DNA of 64,000 nucleotides. Origin: Epiperipatus broadwayi. Taxonomy: Eukaryota; Animalia; Onychophora. This document shows, piece after piece, positions 40,548-54,290 of this stretch; position 1 is the first letter of the stretch; every line of letters starts with the position of its first letter. The stretch covers positions 9,982,001 to 10,046,000 of the forward strand of contig JAQFVV010000010.1 in the NCBI GenBank assembly GCA_028023455.1, written 5' to 3'. Below the pieces are notes generated by a model, which was not told where the DNA came from, did not search any database, and worked only from the letters and a program-made list of their open reading frames with translations. The position numbers and the translations under genes were made by a program.

Positions 40548-42013
40548 ATTTATGGTCTTCACATGAATGTGATCATGTGTATCAGTTGTATAAAATGGAG
40601 TGGACAGCTGTATGGAGTTTGAAAGTCTGAGTTCAAATGCCTTCTAATTACTTTAAGTTCAGTATAGACAAAATACTTGTACTGTAAATATTTATGAACT
40701 TCTTATTCAGAAGCCTCAATTACAATTTGCACAATTTCTTTATTACTTGGAAAGTAAATTTAAAGAGCTACTTTATTATACAAAGATTTTATTGATCATT
40801 TTGGTATAATTTTTTTTTAAAAAAACTAACTTTTTCTAAAAATATAAAATTATGATGCTCAATTCTTAATGATTAGACATAATCTAGCATTCTTGTTTAG
40901 TATTACAGAATGTTTGAATAATTTTAATATCAAAGTTCAATAGAAAGATCATTTAATAACCCACATATATAATAAACTGGCAAGTTTTAGATGCAAATCA
41001 GACTTGGTTTTAAGATCTTTATATTCTAAATTACTTTCCTATGTATGCATAGCTGAACAGTAAGAATCAAAGTTTTGCCTTTTTCAATATTGTTCCAAAC
41101 TAGAGAAAATTGTAAAAAAAATTTGATATGATTTAAAGATTTTAAGGAATATTTTTACAGATCCTTTTCTTTTAATCTTTTTAAAAATTTATATTTAAAT
41201 GGAATTTAATTGATTTTCACAATGATTCTATTCTTTAAAAAAATCCCAAGAAGTTGGTGTTCCAAAAATATACATTTATTTAGACAAAAATATCCACCAA
41301 TAAAAAACTTGGAGCAAATATTCTGCGAACTATTTTTTATAAGAACAATTATTCTCAAGTGTGGACGGAAGCATAACAATTCATAGATCAAGATTGATGT
41401 AACTCTTTCTACTATAACGAAAACTCCCAATCTTTGCCTGCCAATTTTGCCAACTCATTAACAATAAACATCATTAAATGTTAGAAAAATAAAGTTTTAG
41501 ATTATTTTATAATAAAATGGACCTAATAAAAATAAACTATAGTAAAATATATTTTTTATCTTTTGAATTGCCATAATCGTTGTTCTATTGTTTTGTAATA
41601 GCTTAAAATAAATTAAATGTTGTTATTAATTTTTAAGGTTATTTACACTCTTTCTTTCACTTCCTTTTGATTTTAACTGGTGCAGCTTTCTCTAGTCGAA
41701 AAATTCTTTTACGTCCACTTGAGATACACTTTTATGAATAGTAGCTCTCGGGCTAATTTAGTTTTACACTCCTGAACAAGACTATAATTAATAATCAGGA
41801 ACAAAAGCTTTCAGAATAAAAGAAAACATATGTATATTATTTCTATTAAGATACTGCCAACGCAGGGAAGGAGGCATTACGAGAATAAAAAATTGAAATA
41901 ATAGTCAAATGCAAAATATCATAGTAGATAATATTTGAAATATAGGCACTCTACACATACCTGGAACCTAATTGTAAATATACGGGATTTGAACTCACTA
42001 ATTATATATATAT

Positions 42014-42179
42014 ATGTGTGTGTGGGAGATGATTTGGACCAATTGATGAGTGCTGGTTTAGCAGGAGATACGTAGATTGGTGATTATTTATCTTTTCTAC
42101 ATGTGTGTGTCATGTGTATCAATGGTACGAGATAGTGTGGACAGTTGACGGGTACTTGAAAGTCTGAGTTCAAATCCCC
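42014..42179 (+). mobile_element. Family C repeat, short form, decayed hammerhead
   Basis: ccaaTTGATGAgtgctggtttagcagGAGAtacgtagattgg; ends in gagttcaaatccc. Confidence 0.7.
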
Positions 42180-43354
42180 TATATTCATAGTAGATAATAT
42201 AGTTTTTTTTTTTTAAAAAAGATGTAAACAGAGAATAGCTATGAATTTATATATATCGAATATCATTAAATTTTGTTATTTTAAATTTTAAATTATGTTC
42301 TATTTTTAAATAATAAATTTGAAAATATTGATTTTAGAAATTAAAGATCTCGATAAAAAAATTATTTTTTAAATGCTACAACAAAATTCTTTTTTTATTT
42401 GCACTACTTATTTTTTTAAATAGCATGTTATTTTTGCTTTCTAAATGATCTATATATTAATGAATTTTGAATTAAATGATTGCATAAGCTATTATTTATT
42501 TAAATAAGTAACAATTTTCAACTACATGAGTTTTTTACAGCTATTATGTAAAGTCTAATTTATTCTCATTATCTTCAGTTTCCACCCACATACTAATCCA
42601 GACATTTGTTATTGTTTTTAAAATATTTGCTAACTTTTTCATATTCTTTCCTCAGTTTCATTCTCTTAACAAAACTTTTTTTAACAGCCACCATAAAAAC
42701 GATACCAGTAAAATTAATCTAGCATTTATTTGCTATTAGTATATATTAACTGCAGGGTTGTGTTTTGGAACCGTACTGCAGCCATTAGATGGCGCTGCTA
42801 CATCATCAACAACCGGCCTGAAAATGGCAAGTGAAACGCCTCAAAATCGACAAATAAAAATGCCTAATACAGCAAATAAATCTAAAACTACAAATTATAA
42901 AAAAAAATGCAAGAAAATGCTAAAAAATTCAAATAATAAAACCAAAAAACCATGAAAATTCCATTATGAGATACCCCCCAATCAAAATTTCTTCTGCAAA
43001 CAGGTACCAAATGCTGTTCAGGATAGCATGGCTTACAATTCTTTAAAAATCTCTTAGAAAAGGGTTTAAAAAGTTATAAAAATTATTTCTTACATATATG
43101 ATAATGAATAAATGATATCTAATCAAATTAAAATAATGAGAAAGAAATATTTCAATATTTTTAATAAGTAGCCTAATTCATTTTTGATATAATCCACGAC
43201 AATCATGGCAATGCTAAACTAGTCTATAAATTATAATAAACAATAAAAATCATGTACAACAGCTATACAAATATTTATATATTAATAATAATTACACATA
43301 AAAAGTCTTTTCCAGCACATGGTTTTATGCATTTTCAAATGTTAGTCATCTATT

Positions 43355-43585
43355 ATGTGGTGTGATGTGTGTGTGATGCACTGTAACTTCTCCTTAAACA
43401 GAATCAGGAATCTCAGCAACCATGCCCAGAGAAACCTGTTGGCCACTTTACCTTCCCTTTCCATTCCCCACCCTAAGTTTTTCCATAATCTGCTCCATCT
43501 CATTTCCACAACATAATCTTTTTCAACACTATGGCCTTTATATCTAAATCCCTCTTATCTTTTCCCAAACCCAACATAAATATTG
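43355..43585 (-). mobile_element. 3' end of the same LINE family as 47842-49037
   Basis: Reverse complement aligns with about 48815-49037, including the CATCA-type tail. Confidence 0.8.
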
Positions 43586-46500
43586 TACCAGTCAGAATTG
43601 TATGTTCATCTAACAAGAGCTAGCATCTAGGCAAAAGTACCTAAAGTGCAATCATATATGAGATACATAAATCAGGAATAATCATGAACCCTGCCCTATT
43701 GCCTATTTCTCAAATCTATAACATTACGAACAACACTTCTGACGATAGCAAATGAAATTTCTAACAATTCCCATCCCAGAGCATCAGCAGAGAAACAAGA
43801 GATCTATAGGATTAACTAATGGATGATGCAATATAATGACAGATGTGCATGCATGGATGAACAAAATATATCCAAAGAATAAATTATTAAACGATTAATT
43901 TATTTATGATAATAATAATTTGGCTAAACTTTTATGTAATCAAAAAGGATTATACAAAGAAATAAATGCGTAATGAATCTATTCAAACACAATGAATACT
44001 CTCTGGGTTTCACATAATTAATATTTATTTGCACATTCCACAATGACCTATGCAACATAACTTAAGGTTTAATGGATATGCAGATACCAAGTACAAGTAT
44101 TAATAAAATCAGTAACTAATCAAAACGATGCGGTTTAATATGCTAATGAAAGATATCAAGTTTACGATGCTTGTATTCTGAATGCTATGATATAATTAAT
44201 AAAAACAAATGATCTAATGAATTTCAATAACTGTAAGTGGGTTTTATCACAGTTTATCATAACTGCAGATTAATTATGTTCTAAATTATAAAATATATAC
44301 AATCTTTATGATTTTCACTAATGATTTGAGAAGAGCACATTTATTTTCGCATTCGGTTACACAATTAGATTTTGATAGGATTTATTGGAAGTTATTTCTC
44401 AACATATCTAAGGATTGTTTAATGATAAGGCGGATAGCTTAAATATGTTTTAACATGTGACATTTCTAACCAAAATAATATAATAAAACGAAAGCTTGGG
44501 ATGGTTTAAGAGATCATAGCATTACTACTTATAGACTAATAGAGGTGACGATAAAATATGAATAACTGCGATGTTGACAGAATGACAACGTTAGGAAGGA
44601 AGAGAAGCTTCATCAACTTTAAAGTGAACAAACGAGCTCATCTGCGCTTGTGACAGATGGCATATGAAGAAGTGTATGGTAGGGTATTATGGTTTCAAGT
44701 ATTCCGAATGTTAACCCATATAGAGCCTAGCGATAATCAAGCACAACCTTTGGAGTTGGGGCCTCCACACTCTGCCGAGAAATGTGCCTTACAAAATAAC
44801 CTGGTATCGAAGGATAGTTTGACAAAGCAAGATATAAACTTATGTACGTTATTACCGATAAACAATGCTGAGGATTTCAGATCTGTAGTGACACTGATAT
44901 ATTAAGGCCTTAGAAAGTAATAAAATCTGGCATAATGACATGATATATTTTAAATCATCCTTAATGGCATGGAATTGGTCTAAAATACTAGTTAGAACAT
45001 CAATTATAAAAAGGAGAGTATGTGACTCCCTTCATTAAACAAGTATCAATACGTTTGACAAGTAAAAGACTTAATTAAAATCATTGTTAGATGGCAGGCC
45101 AATCAAATAATAGATTACTAGCTAAAGGTAAGGTCACAAACTTTAATTTACTCAATATTAAATTTTACCAAATCAATAGCATTAAGATAATAGTAAAATG
45201 ATATCTTTAAATGATAACGGATAGTATATCATGAAACACAAAACAATTCAGTAAGATTATTCAACCAAGCGAACTTTAGAATTTAGTAAGAAAACTTATG
45301 TTTACTGATTTAAGATTCCATAATGGCGGAATAGTAAAATAAGACAAGATCGGTTCACCAGGTTGAATTATTAGCATATTAAATTATATATAATTAACAT
45401 AAAATCAAATAAAAGTTTGCCGCATTTAAAATAATAGGATAGCAAGAGTGAAACCCAGCAAGCAAGTTTAGAAAATAAAAGTTATAGATTCATGCATTAG
45501 AAAAAGTCATTATTCTAAGAAAATAATAATCGGCTTTATATCACCGGTTGTGAACTAGGCAGATTTACATTTTAAATAACATAAAGATTACATAAATGGA
45601 AGTTTTATAAAGGTAAAATTTAAATAAAAATAAATTTACATAGCTGGAGGTTGGAAATTTATATTTTTAAAAATATTAAAAGCATTTAGATGGAGGTTTT
45701 AAAGTTCATATTTGTGGCTGAGAATTACCTTCAGTTGATTGAAGACTTGACGGCCGTATACGCATATGTGGATATCATTTTAAGAAATACAGTCAATAGG
45801 GCAGATTTTCGGAAAAATAGTGGCTAGCATCCTTTCACAGTTTATTTAAGAGTTCATTTAGGCAGTATTTATGTGGCGATGGCTTAAGAGTACAGCAGTA
45901 TGGAGCTGATCTTGGAAAGATCAGGGCAGCAAATTTCTTTTCTACTCATGAATCATAATGTTAAAAATTTGGATGATGCAGATTCATCCTGCAATGCCTT
46001 CTGAAAATCAAATGCAGAGTGCTTAATATAGAAAATTTGGCTGTATTTATACCCACTGAAACTGCCTCTGGTAATACCTGGATGTTCGTTAACGGTCAAC
46101 TGTTATACATTTTTAGAATATGGACAACATGTAAGTTCAAGAGAGTATCATTTCAGTCTATTTTGAGTTGGAAATAGACCCACGGGATAAATTTTCCATT
46201 AACGTAAATCTTTTAAAATAAATCTATGCTAACAAAAACTTTTTAAATTCAAATACGGCACGTCTTTTGTTTGCAATTTTTCAGTTACTCTCTAGAACTT
46301 TTTCTCAAATAAAATAGTGCACGAATATAAAAAAATATAGAACATGAAACATATTTAATAAACATTATTATACCCGTTTATCTGTCACACACACACACAT
46401 GCAGCAAATCATAACATAAAAAATCAAGGCGTGCAAATAAAATTTTAATCTCCCTTCCCTATAATACTAAAAAAATTAATTAATAATACTCAATAATAAA

Positions 46501-46859
46501 ACTGCTTCTTGAGAACATTCTCAGATTATTTATTTATCTAATTTTATAATTCAGATATACAGTAATTTGTTTTAGGAAGTCACACAAAATCTAATCATTC
46601 AGTGAATATAAAACAGCACATATACCCCAAGAAATAATCTATCTTCTTAAGTATCTTTTTTAAAAAAACATGAAAGAAAAAGCTAACATTGTTTTGATTC
46701 TCAAAAGATTAACATCATTTTAACTGAGTACAAGAATAGAAAGAGAAAACCCAAAGGGATGTAATTTATTACCAATGCAAAAAAAGTGTCATTGCAAATG
46801 TATGTATGTTACCTTTGCAGTCTGAAGAAAGATTGAATACCTAAGAAAAAGAGTAATGT

Positions 46860-47333
46860 GTCAATGAGAAATAGTTTGACAGTATTTGAAACCCTCTTCA
46901 CATATTTTATTTTAGTATCCCAACTTTTGAACTTGATATGAAGGCATACTATCACATGACTTTCTCATGGTTATCACAGATGGCTCAGAAGCAATAATGA
47001 ACAACCATTTTATACTTGCAACCCCCATATTAAGACTGAAATTTCATGCAATCCATTTTTCTCACTTGTGATCCTCTTAACTTAGACTGAAATTTTACAT
47101 GACCCATTATATGTAGTTACCATCCTATTATAAGCATATAAGGATAGTAATAATAAAAGTTGTTTACGACCTACAAATATATATCTATTACATTTCAGTA
47201 CATATAATTTGTCATAAGATCCTTGAAAAAAACTGCATATTATTCACATGAGAACTTCTCAAAATTTTCATGACCCACAACAATATTTCTGTGATCCCTT
47301 GATGGGTCACCACCCATAGGGTGCACATTACTG
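46860..47333 (+). mobile_element. hAT transposon 3' remnant
   Basis: Repeated gaccc(a) subterminal motifs and a terminal catagggtgcacattactg resembling a hAT TIR. Confidence 0.5.
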
Positions 47334-47669
47334 CTCTAAAGCAAAAAACTGTTTTTGGATGTTACAAAATAATATGTAGCTAATTTATCTGCAAGAGATA
47401 AATAAAACTGAACAGAGTTGAGAAAAAACCATCCTGCATATATGATTGTTAAGATCTAATTTCCTGGAGAAAATGATGAATTTTAGAGCTGCAATCTCTA
47501 ACAATTTTTTTTCATCATTAAAAAATGTATTCAATTGAATATCATATATTTCTGTATTTTATTAGCTAAAAATACTTGTTGCTACATTATTGTTTCCATA
47601 ATTTTTATCAAATCACAATTCTTTATCTCATATAACATATAACAAAACAAAAGCAGTTCACTACTCTAA

Positions 47670-47838
47670 GCCATCTTCTGTAAGCTTAAATAGTCAGTGA
47701 TTATCAAATGCCTTATTGCATTTGAAATTCCCATTTTCAGACAGGTTTCTGATTTTTGCTTTTATCAGTGAATATAAGGATTTAAAATGCAATAAAGCAT
47801 GTGGTAGTCACTGATTACTCAAGCTGACTACAGATGGC
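47670..47838. repeat. Short palindrome with a central decayed hammerhead on the minus strand (G8>A)
   Basis: Arms gccatc..gaaattcc and ggatttaa..gatggc; reverse complement at 47735-47773 reads TTCA CTGATAA AAGCAAAAATCA GAAA CCT GTC TGAA. Confidence 0.65.
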
Positions 47839-47841
47839 ACT

Positions 47842-49037
47842 AGGGAGAAAGAGAAGATGTAGAATTTTTATTGGGAGATATTAAGTTAAGTGTGGTGAAT
47901 AGATATAGTTATTTGGGAATTATTTTAGGTAATCAGAAAAATTATTTGGATGAATAGAAGAAAAAATTGATAAATGAAACAAAGAAAAGAAAGGGATTGA
48001 TAAAGAAATTAACACTGTCTTCATATAATAAATATGATGTAGCTAGAATTATATGGAAGGGAGTTGCAGTAGCAGGGTTAACATATGGTAATGATACATT
48101 ATGTGTTAGTAAAGGGGTATTAGATTATTTAGAAAAAGTTCAAAGAGAAGTAGGAAGACATGCATTGGATGCAGATGTATGGACAGCAAAGGAGGCAATT
48201 CAAGGAGAAATAGGATGGTCAAGTTTTCATATGAGAGGTGCAAAAAGTAAAATGAAAATGTTTGGTAGATTGCAATTTATGGATAATAAAAGACTAGCCA
48301 AAATAGTATTTAATTGGGTTATGAGTAAAGGGCAAGTAACAAGATGGGTGAGAAAGGTAATGTGGTATGCAAAAGATTTGGATAAAGAATTTATATCAGT
48401 ATATTTGTACAAAAGATGTGATGATTGTGTTAAGAGGATTGTTGAGTGTTATAGTAGTAAGGAATGGGATAAAAGAAAAGATTTATTGATAAAGAATAGA
48501 GAGTTAGAGAAATAGTATGGAGAGTAAAAAGAGTTTAAATATATATAGAAATTATCAATATTAGGTGTGAATTAATAAATGATAATAGTAAGGAAAGTAG
48601 TTTATTCTTTAAGGCTCAAACGGGATCTTTAGCAACAAGAGAATATACATGTAAATAGAAAAATATGGGTGATTTATTTTGTAAATTATGTAAGGAAGGA
48701 ATAGAAAATATTAGGCATTTGTTAATGTAAATGCTTGAAAATAGAAAGGTTACATATATTGAAGTTATGGAGGAATAAATATGAAAAAAGTGGTTATACA
48801 AAAAGTGAATTATTGGTTTTTATGCTGGGATTGGGAAATGATAAGGGGGATTTAGATATAAAGGCCTTAGAGTTGACAAAGATTATGTTGTGGAAATGGG
48901 ATGGAGCAGAATATGGGAAAACTTAGAGTTGGGAATGAAAAATTAAGAGGCTAACAGGTTTATCTGGGCATAATTGTTCAGATATTCTTGACTTTGTTTA
49001 AGGAGAAGCCACCGTACATCACATCACATTATCACAT
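47842..49037 (+). mobile_element. Non-LTR retrotransposon, 5'-truncated: RT thumb, CCHC knuckle and CATCA tail (clade uncertain)
   Basis: RYSYLGI; ORF 47967-48515 with AIQGEIGWSSF..GRLQFM; FKAQTGSLATR; CKLCKEGIENIRHLLM; tail catcacatcacattatcacat. Confidence 0.85.
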
Positions 49038-51190
49038 GTTTTCTTATATATTATGTGAGCTGAAAAATTAAATGATTTGATATTATTGATTGTACTTTTA
49101 TTTTGGACTATTTCCATCATCTAATATGAGTGTTGAATATCTTTAAAAAAATTTAACTTTATTTAAATATTCCAAATTCATTCAACTGTTAGTAATAGCA
49201 CATCAAATGGATTATTATATGCACAGCATTTTGAGAGATATTATTCTTCCCTCTTCTTCAGGTGTTGCTGGCCTGACCAGTGACAGTACTAGCATGGGAT
49301 TCTTAGCCAGAGAGAAAATGTACCTATAATCAATAATGATTTCAAAGTACTGACCATATAAATATTGAACTGAAGTAAGATCTCTACAGTTGTTTATATA
49401 AATTACGTTGTGTTTAAAGCTTTAGGTGGATTTTAATTTTAGGTTGTTAAATTGAATGGTAAGATGGAATTAAAGATGGTTTCTAGATGCTTAATTATAT
49501 CACTTCCAACCATAAATCCAAAACCTCATTGATAAAGAGAAAATCCAGACATCAATCTGAGGATTGATATTTAAAATAAAATAAAGCATTTGCTAATCAT
49601 TGATTACCAAACTTACAATAAATGACAAAAGTAAGCAGCCTCTTTGTTTTACTAATGTATCTTTTAATATTTTAATTCTTACTTCCTTTCTTAATTATTC
49701 AAATTTCTGCTTTGAAGTCACATTATTGACAAACATTCAATAAACTTTTTTCTTAGATAATTTATTTTTTTAAAGCTTTTTGACTATTGTAACTACTATT
49801 TTAATATCTTCTTCATGGTTGTATAATCACTTAACTGTTTCCATTAATATTTAAAAGTATTAATATGTTTCATCAAAAATTAGATTATATTTAGTTTTTT
49901 TAATACTAAACACTTACTACATAGTTTTAATTTTATTCGCATTCATTTTTATTCTCTATTTATTTTATATTTTGTCACAATTGTTCATTATTTTGTTAAG
50001 TTTATCTTCATTATTTCCGAATCAAATCATCAAAAAATATAATGTCATATAAAACAATAAATTACAGTTTCTACTAACAGTTGACTATAACAAATGAGAT
50101 TTGAAATAAAGAATTAATAAATTAATTCATGATGGTTTTTGATTTATTTGTTGTTGTTCATCTTTCTGTTAGAATGATGAGAAGTCATTTGCCTAGCAAA
50201 GGGAACTGCCTAAACTAGCTTAGCCTGACATCATGTAGACGACAAACAAAATGGATATTCAAAAATTTGAAACTAAATCCTGACTGCAATAAGAATTTGT
50301 GTTGACTGTTTGGATTTTCTAAACAAACTGCAGCTTTTATACCTGTTATCACATGATGTCTGGATTACAGAATATTCTCCATCATGTATCGGGGATTTCT
50401 TCATTTGTCTGTGAAATATTCAAAGAGGTCATCATGGTTACTGCCAGGCAAAATGTTAGAGTTAAGATATGTGAATTAAGATGGTAAAAATTTAGAAACA
50501 TCATTCAAAAAAAAAAATAAAAAAAATGAATAATTTCAGTCTTTAATTGCTTCACTTTTATTTCTGGATTTTAACATAATTTTACAAATATTTATTTAAA
50601 ATAAATCATAAAAGTATAAAGTTCTTAGATATTTTTTCAATTAAATTTAAATTAATTTTTAACCAAACATGTAAGCTTCCACACACACGCACTCAATATA
50701 TAAAATTGTAATGTTGGATTTATAATTCTATTCTATATTTCTATTTTTTAATTATTTATTTGATATGGATCACTTCTTTTGATTTATCCAATTCGATAAT
50801 TTTATTCATTAATAAGAATAAGAACGAAATATGAGCATATGTAAGTTATGTAAAAAAAAAATTAAAAATAACAGAAGAATTTAAATATAATAATTATCCA
50901 ATAAAAAAATTTATATATAAACAAATTTAGCATGTAAGTAATAAATGAAAAAAGAACATGATAAATATATTGAGCATTAAACATTTATATGTAAATAAAA
51001 CAATAAAGATAATTTAAAAATAATTTATAAAATCAATTATAACTAAGAAAAATATATAACAAATAACTACATAAAGATAAAACAAGACTAAAACAGCATA
51101 AATATGTCAAAAAATTTTCAGTAAACATATATGTAAAGCATGTTTGATTAAAATGAGAAAAATAATGTTTCACTAAAAATAGTATAGACA

Positions 51191-51216
51191 GAAGAAGAAG
51201 GATGATGATGATGATG

Positions 51217-51273
<57 letters not shown>
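51191..51273. repeat. Compound microsatellite (GAA)(GAT)n(AAT)n
   Basis: Read directly; explains the poly-Ile ORF. Confidence 0.95.
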
Positions 51274-51278
<5 letters not shown>

Positions 51279-51466
51279 CAAAACCTATGTTTGTGAACAC
51301 AAAATAATGATTCAGAGCTGAAATTAATAGTAGCTAATTAATAAACTATTTAAATATTTTTAATATATATAGAAATAAAAATAATATATATAATAAAATA
51401 ATAAAATATAAATATATAATTATTTAAAATATCCACTTAAATATAAGAATATATTATAAAATATAA

Positions 51467-51672
51467 TAGCTAAACAGCATTAAGCTGTTGCACATGCGCT
51501 TTGCAGATTTTAACTATAAATGACTGACTACAAACACTTCAAACACATGATAAAGTCTTTGAGAAAAGACAGAATGGCCTGGCCATCTATCTGTGTTTGA
51601 AGTGTTTGTATTCAGTCGTTTATAGTTAAAATCTGCAAAGCGCATGTGCAACAGCTTAATGCTGTTTAGCTA
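51467..51672. repeat. Family B near-perfect hairpin (81-bp arms, 2 mismatches)
   Basis: 51467-51547 vs the reverse complement of 51592-51672; TA at both ends. Confidence 0.9.
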
Positions 51673-51950
51673 ATACAGTTTATAAACATCGCGCTATATA
51701 AAATAATTATAAAATATAATAAAAATATTTTTAGATTTATTTAATATTTATTACAAATTTAAATATATAGGAATAAAAATTGCAAATCCAAAAGTATTTT
51801 AAAAAAGGTTCAGTAGAAGAAATAAGAAAGAAAAAATACGATAATGAAGAAAACATTTTTGTAAATTTAATTTTAAAAGAGGAAAAAGAGAGAATAAATT
51901 TTTTTTTTTTCATCTGTTTTTTTTTATTTTATAAATATTTAACCCAAAAG

Positions 51951-52364
51951 CTAAGAAGTTTCCATAGCAACAGATTCTTCAGTATATTTTCCTTTTCCTG
52001 CAGCAAGATGAGATGTGTCTTCTTTTCTAAAATTCTTTAACTAACTTTATCCATCATCCATTTAACAATCACCACCTTTGATGGATGAATACCAACATGT
52101 ACAGATGCGCCATTGGCTTTCTCTCTCTCTCTGTACTTTTTACGATCAACTTGTACTAGTTTACAAACTTGTTGACGTTTATAATATTCATGAACAATTT
52201 GGACTTCATCATCTTTTCTAATGTGCATACTTCTTATATTGAACTTCAGTCGTAATTCTTTATAATGGAGAACTCATACATTTTCTTCAAATATGAGATG
52301 GTGCATTAAAATATCTTTTACGTTATTTCTTTCTAGAGGAAGAAACAAACTTATTGAGTTTCGT
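51951..52364 (-). pseudogene. RPL26: Processed pseudogene of 60S ribosomal protein L26
   Basis: (ACG)[72 protein letters not shown]../GKGKYTEESVAMETS*; no introns, stops and frameshifts, AATAAA and an A tract at about 51899-51910. Confidence 0.95.
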
Positions 52365-52752
52365 TATTTGTGTTTAGGCCTTAAAATGTCTAAAGACATT
52401 AACAAATAATATAAATTAAAATGGAATATTTAAAATTAGTTTTAAAGATTTTTAAAAATTTTAGTTTAATAAATTTTTAAATGATTGTATTAGAAAAATT
52501 ATATATATAATGTTATTCAATAAAATTAGTGTTCTGCACTGCAACTCGATGCATGAAAATGCCATAAAATTATAATATCTATTGCATATTTATCCATATT
52601 AGATAGATTAAAAAATAAAAATAACAAATCAATAATAAATTATAGAAATAAAATATCCGTGTGTGCATGTATACATAAAAAATATCAAATTAAGATTATT
52701 GGGTTTTACATTTTAAAAGAGACCGATAATCAAGAGAAGCTGTTAAAAAAAG

Positions 52753-53529
52753 TATTAGATACATTAAGCACTTGATAACACAAAGTAAGAAAAGCTTAAC
52801 AGTGAAAACTTTTAATTTAATATGCTAAGCATGCTTTCAGTATCATAACCATAGTAATGAATGAGTGAATGGTGGTTAAAAGGTGTAATATAAATATGTA
52901 AATTGTATGCAAATATGTTTACATAATCCTTAGAGAGGGAAAAGCAGGATTCCTTTTTGTCTATATGGCAATAAGCCAGGTTCCTATATCTTATGCTTAG
53001 CATGGTTCTTTTCTAGACATATAATGCTGGCTGGTGTAGGTTCAAATGTATGGCAAATTTGTTTTCATGCTCTAGAAATATGGATTTGTGGTCTGGATAG
53101 CCTTTGGCTCTTTTGTACAGGTATTGGTGTTGGAGAAGTCTTGTTGCTAGGCTGAAACAAGATTCTCCAAAATAAATGGCACTGCATCTTATATAAACTT
53201 GGCTATACATTTGAACCTATATCACCCAGCATTGTATTTCTAGAAAAGAAGGATGCTAAAAGTAAGATAAAGGAAACCTGGCATATTGTTAATAATCATA
53301 ATGCTATAAACCAAAAGGAATCCTGATTCCCTCTCTCTAAAAAGTGGATCATATAAGTATATTTGTGTACATTATGAATACAATTTACATGATATTTATA
53401 TCACAACCTTTGCCCACAATTTGACTCATTTTTGATATCGATATAAAGATATTGAAAGCATGCTTAACATATTGAATTAAAAGTTTTCACTGTTAAGCTT
53501 GTGTTTCCAAATGCTTAATATATCTATTA
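52753..53529. mobile_element. Penelope-like element palindrome with decayed GIY-YIG endonuclease
   Basis: Minus YFGESCFSLATRLLQHQ..SIFLEH..KKESCFSLSK; plus KIKETWHIVNNHNAINQKES*FPLSKKW; arms about 52753-53070 and 53195-53529. Confidence 0.8.
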
Positions 53530-53729
53530 TAAATCATTTAAAGAAAAGTAAAAGAACATAATAGAGAATAAAAAGTATTGCTTAAAGTGAAAGAGTAAAT
53601 ATATATATTTTTTTGAAAGAGTAAATATATATATATATATATAATATTATATTTAACATTTTCACAGTTTTATGATGTAGATAATACAATGTTTTTGGGT
53701 ATGAACCATGTATAATTTTGCATTTGAAT

Positions 53730-53767
53730 CCGATATTTCGATGGACTAGCAACCACCATTATCAAGG
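53730..53767 (-). ncRNA. Minimal hammerhead with U3-A8 core
   Basis: Reverse complement: CC TTGATAA T GGTGG TTGCTAGT CCATC GAAA TA TC GG. Confidence 0.7.
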
Positions 53768-53798
53768 TTAACTTTTGAAAGAACAATCTTATTAAATC

Positions 53799-54290
53799 TC
53801 AATGAATAATGTGACTCAGTGCGAGATGAGAAGTGCAATTCAACTTGAAGTAGTTCAGCATCCACAATACGAGGCTATCAACATGTTTATTTCCCTCAGT
53901 TTTTCCACCTGTTAATTTCAAGTTAATATTAGATAAAATGAGAGGTTTCCACATAGCTGGAATACGTTGTGCTTTGTCAGCCCTATTTAAACAAGTAGGT
54001 CTCTTTAATATTTCAATTGACTCTCTCATGGTTCTTAAATCATATCGCTCCAAATTTGCAAGTATTTTTGTATTGTCAAAATCAGGTTTGTGACCAATTT
54101 CTAAAAAATGAGAAGTAAAAATTGATGTGTTAATTTTTTGATTAAAAGCATTTCTATGTTCCTTAATTCTGACATTTATTTGTCTATTAGAATGACCCAC
54201 ATAGCTTCTTAAGCACTGCAAACATGGAATTTCATAAACTCCTTGGTGTTCCAAAAATATTCTGTCTTTAGGTTTATATAAAAAAATCAC
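53799..54290 (-). pseudogene. GIY-YIG endonuclease domain of a 5'-truncated PLE (no RT)
   Basis: GVYEIPCLQCLRSYVGHSNRQINVRIKEH...HFLEIGH...RESIEILKRPTCLNR...W: GIY-YIG motif with the PLE CCHH residues. Confidence 0.9.

Larger units (their letters stand above)
39923..40650. mobile_element. Family C head-to-head palindrome (arms about 325-375 bp) with two hammerheads
   Basis: 39923-40247 is the reverse complement of about 40275-40650; spacer 40248-40274. Confidence 0.85.

Noticed and set aside
43736-43765. CTGACGA...GAAA, and CTGATGA at about 19155 and 32043
   Set aside because: No helix II or helix I pairing, or no GAAA; consistent with chance.
43860-46250. CpG-richer stretch with faint APE/RT-like words (RDHSI, KAF, DQGS) and ORF 44657-44905
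   Set aside because: Too degenerate to assign by eye; it needs a TBLASTX or HMM search.
51033-51281. Poly-Ile ORF (also 55121-55441 and 55192-55392)
   Set aside because: These are translations of trinucleotide microsatellites.
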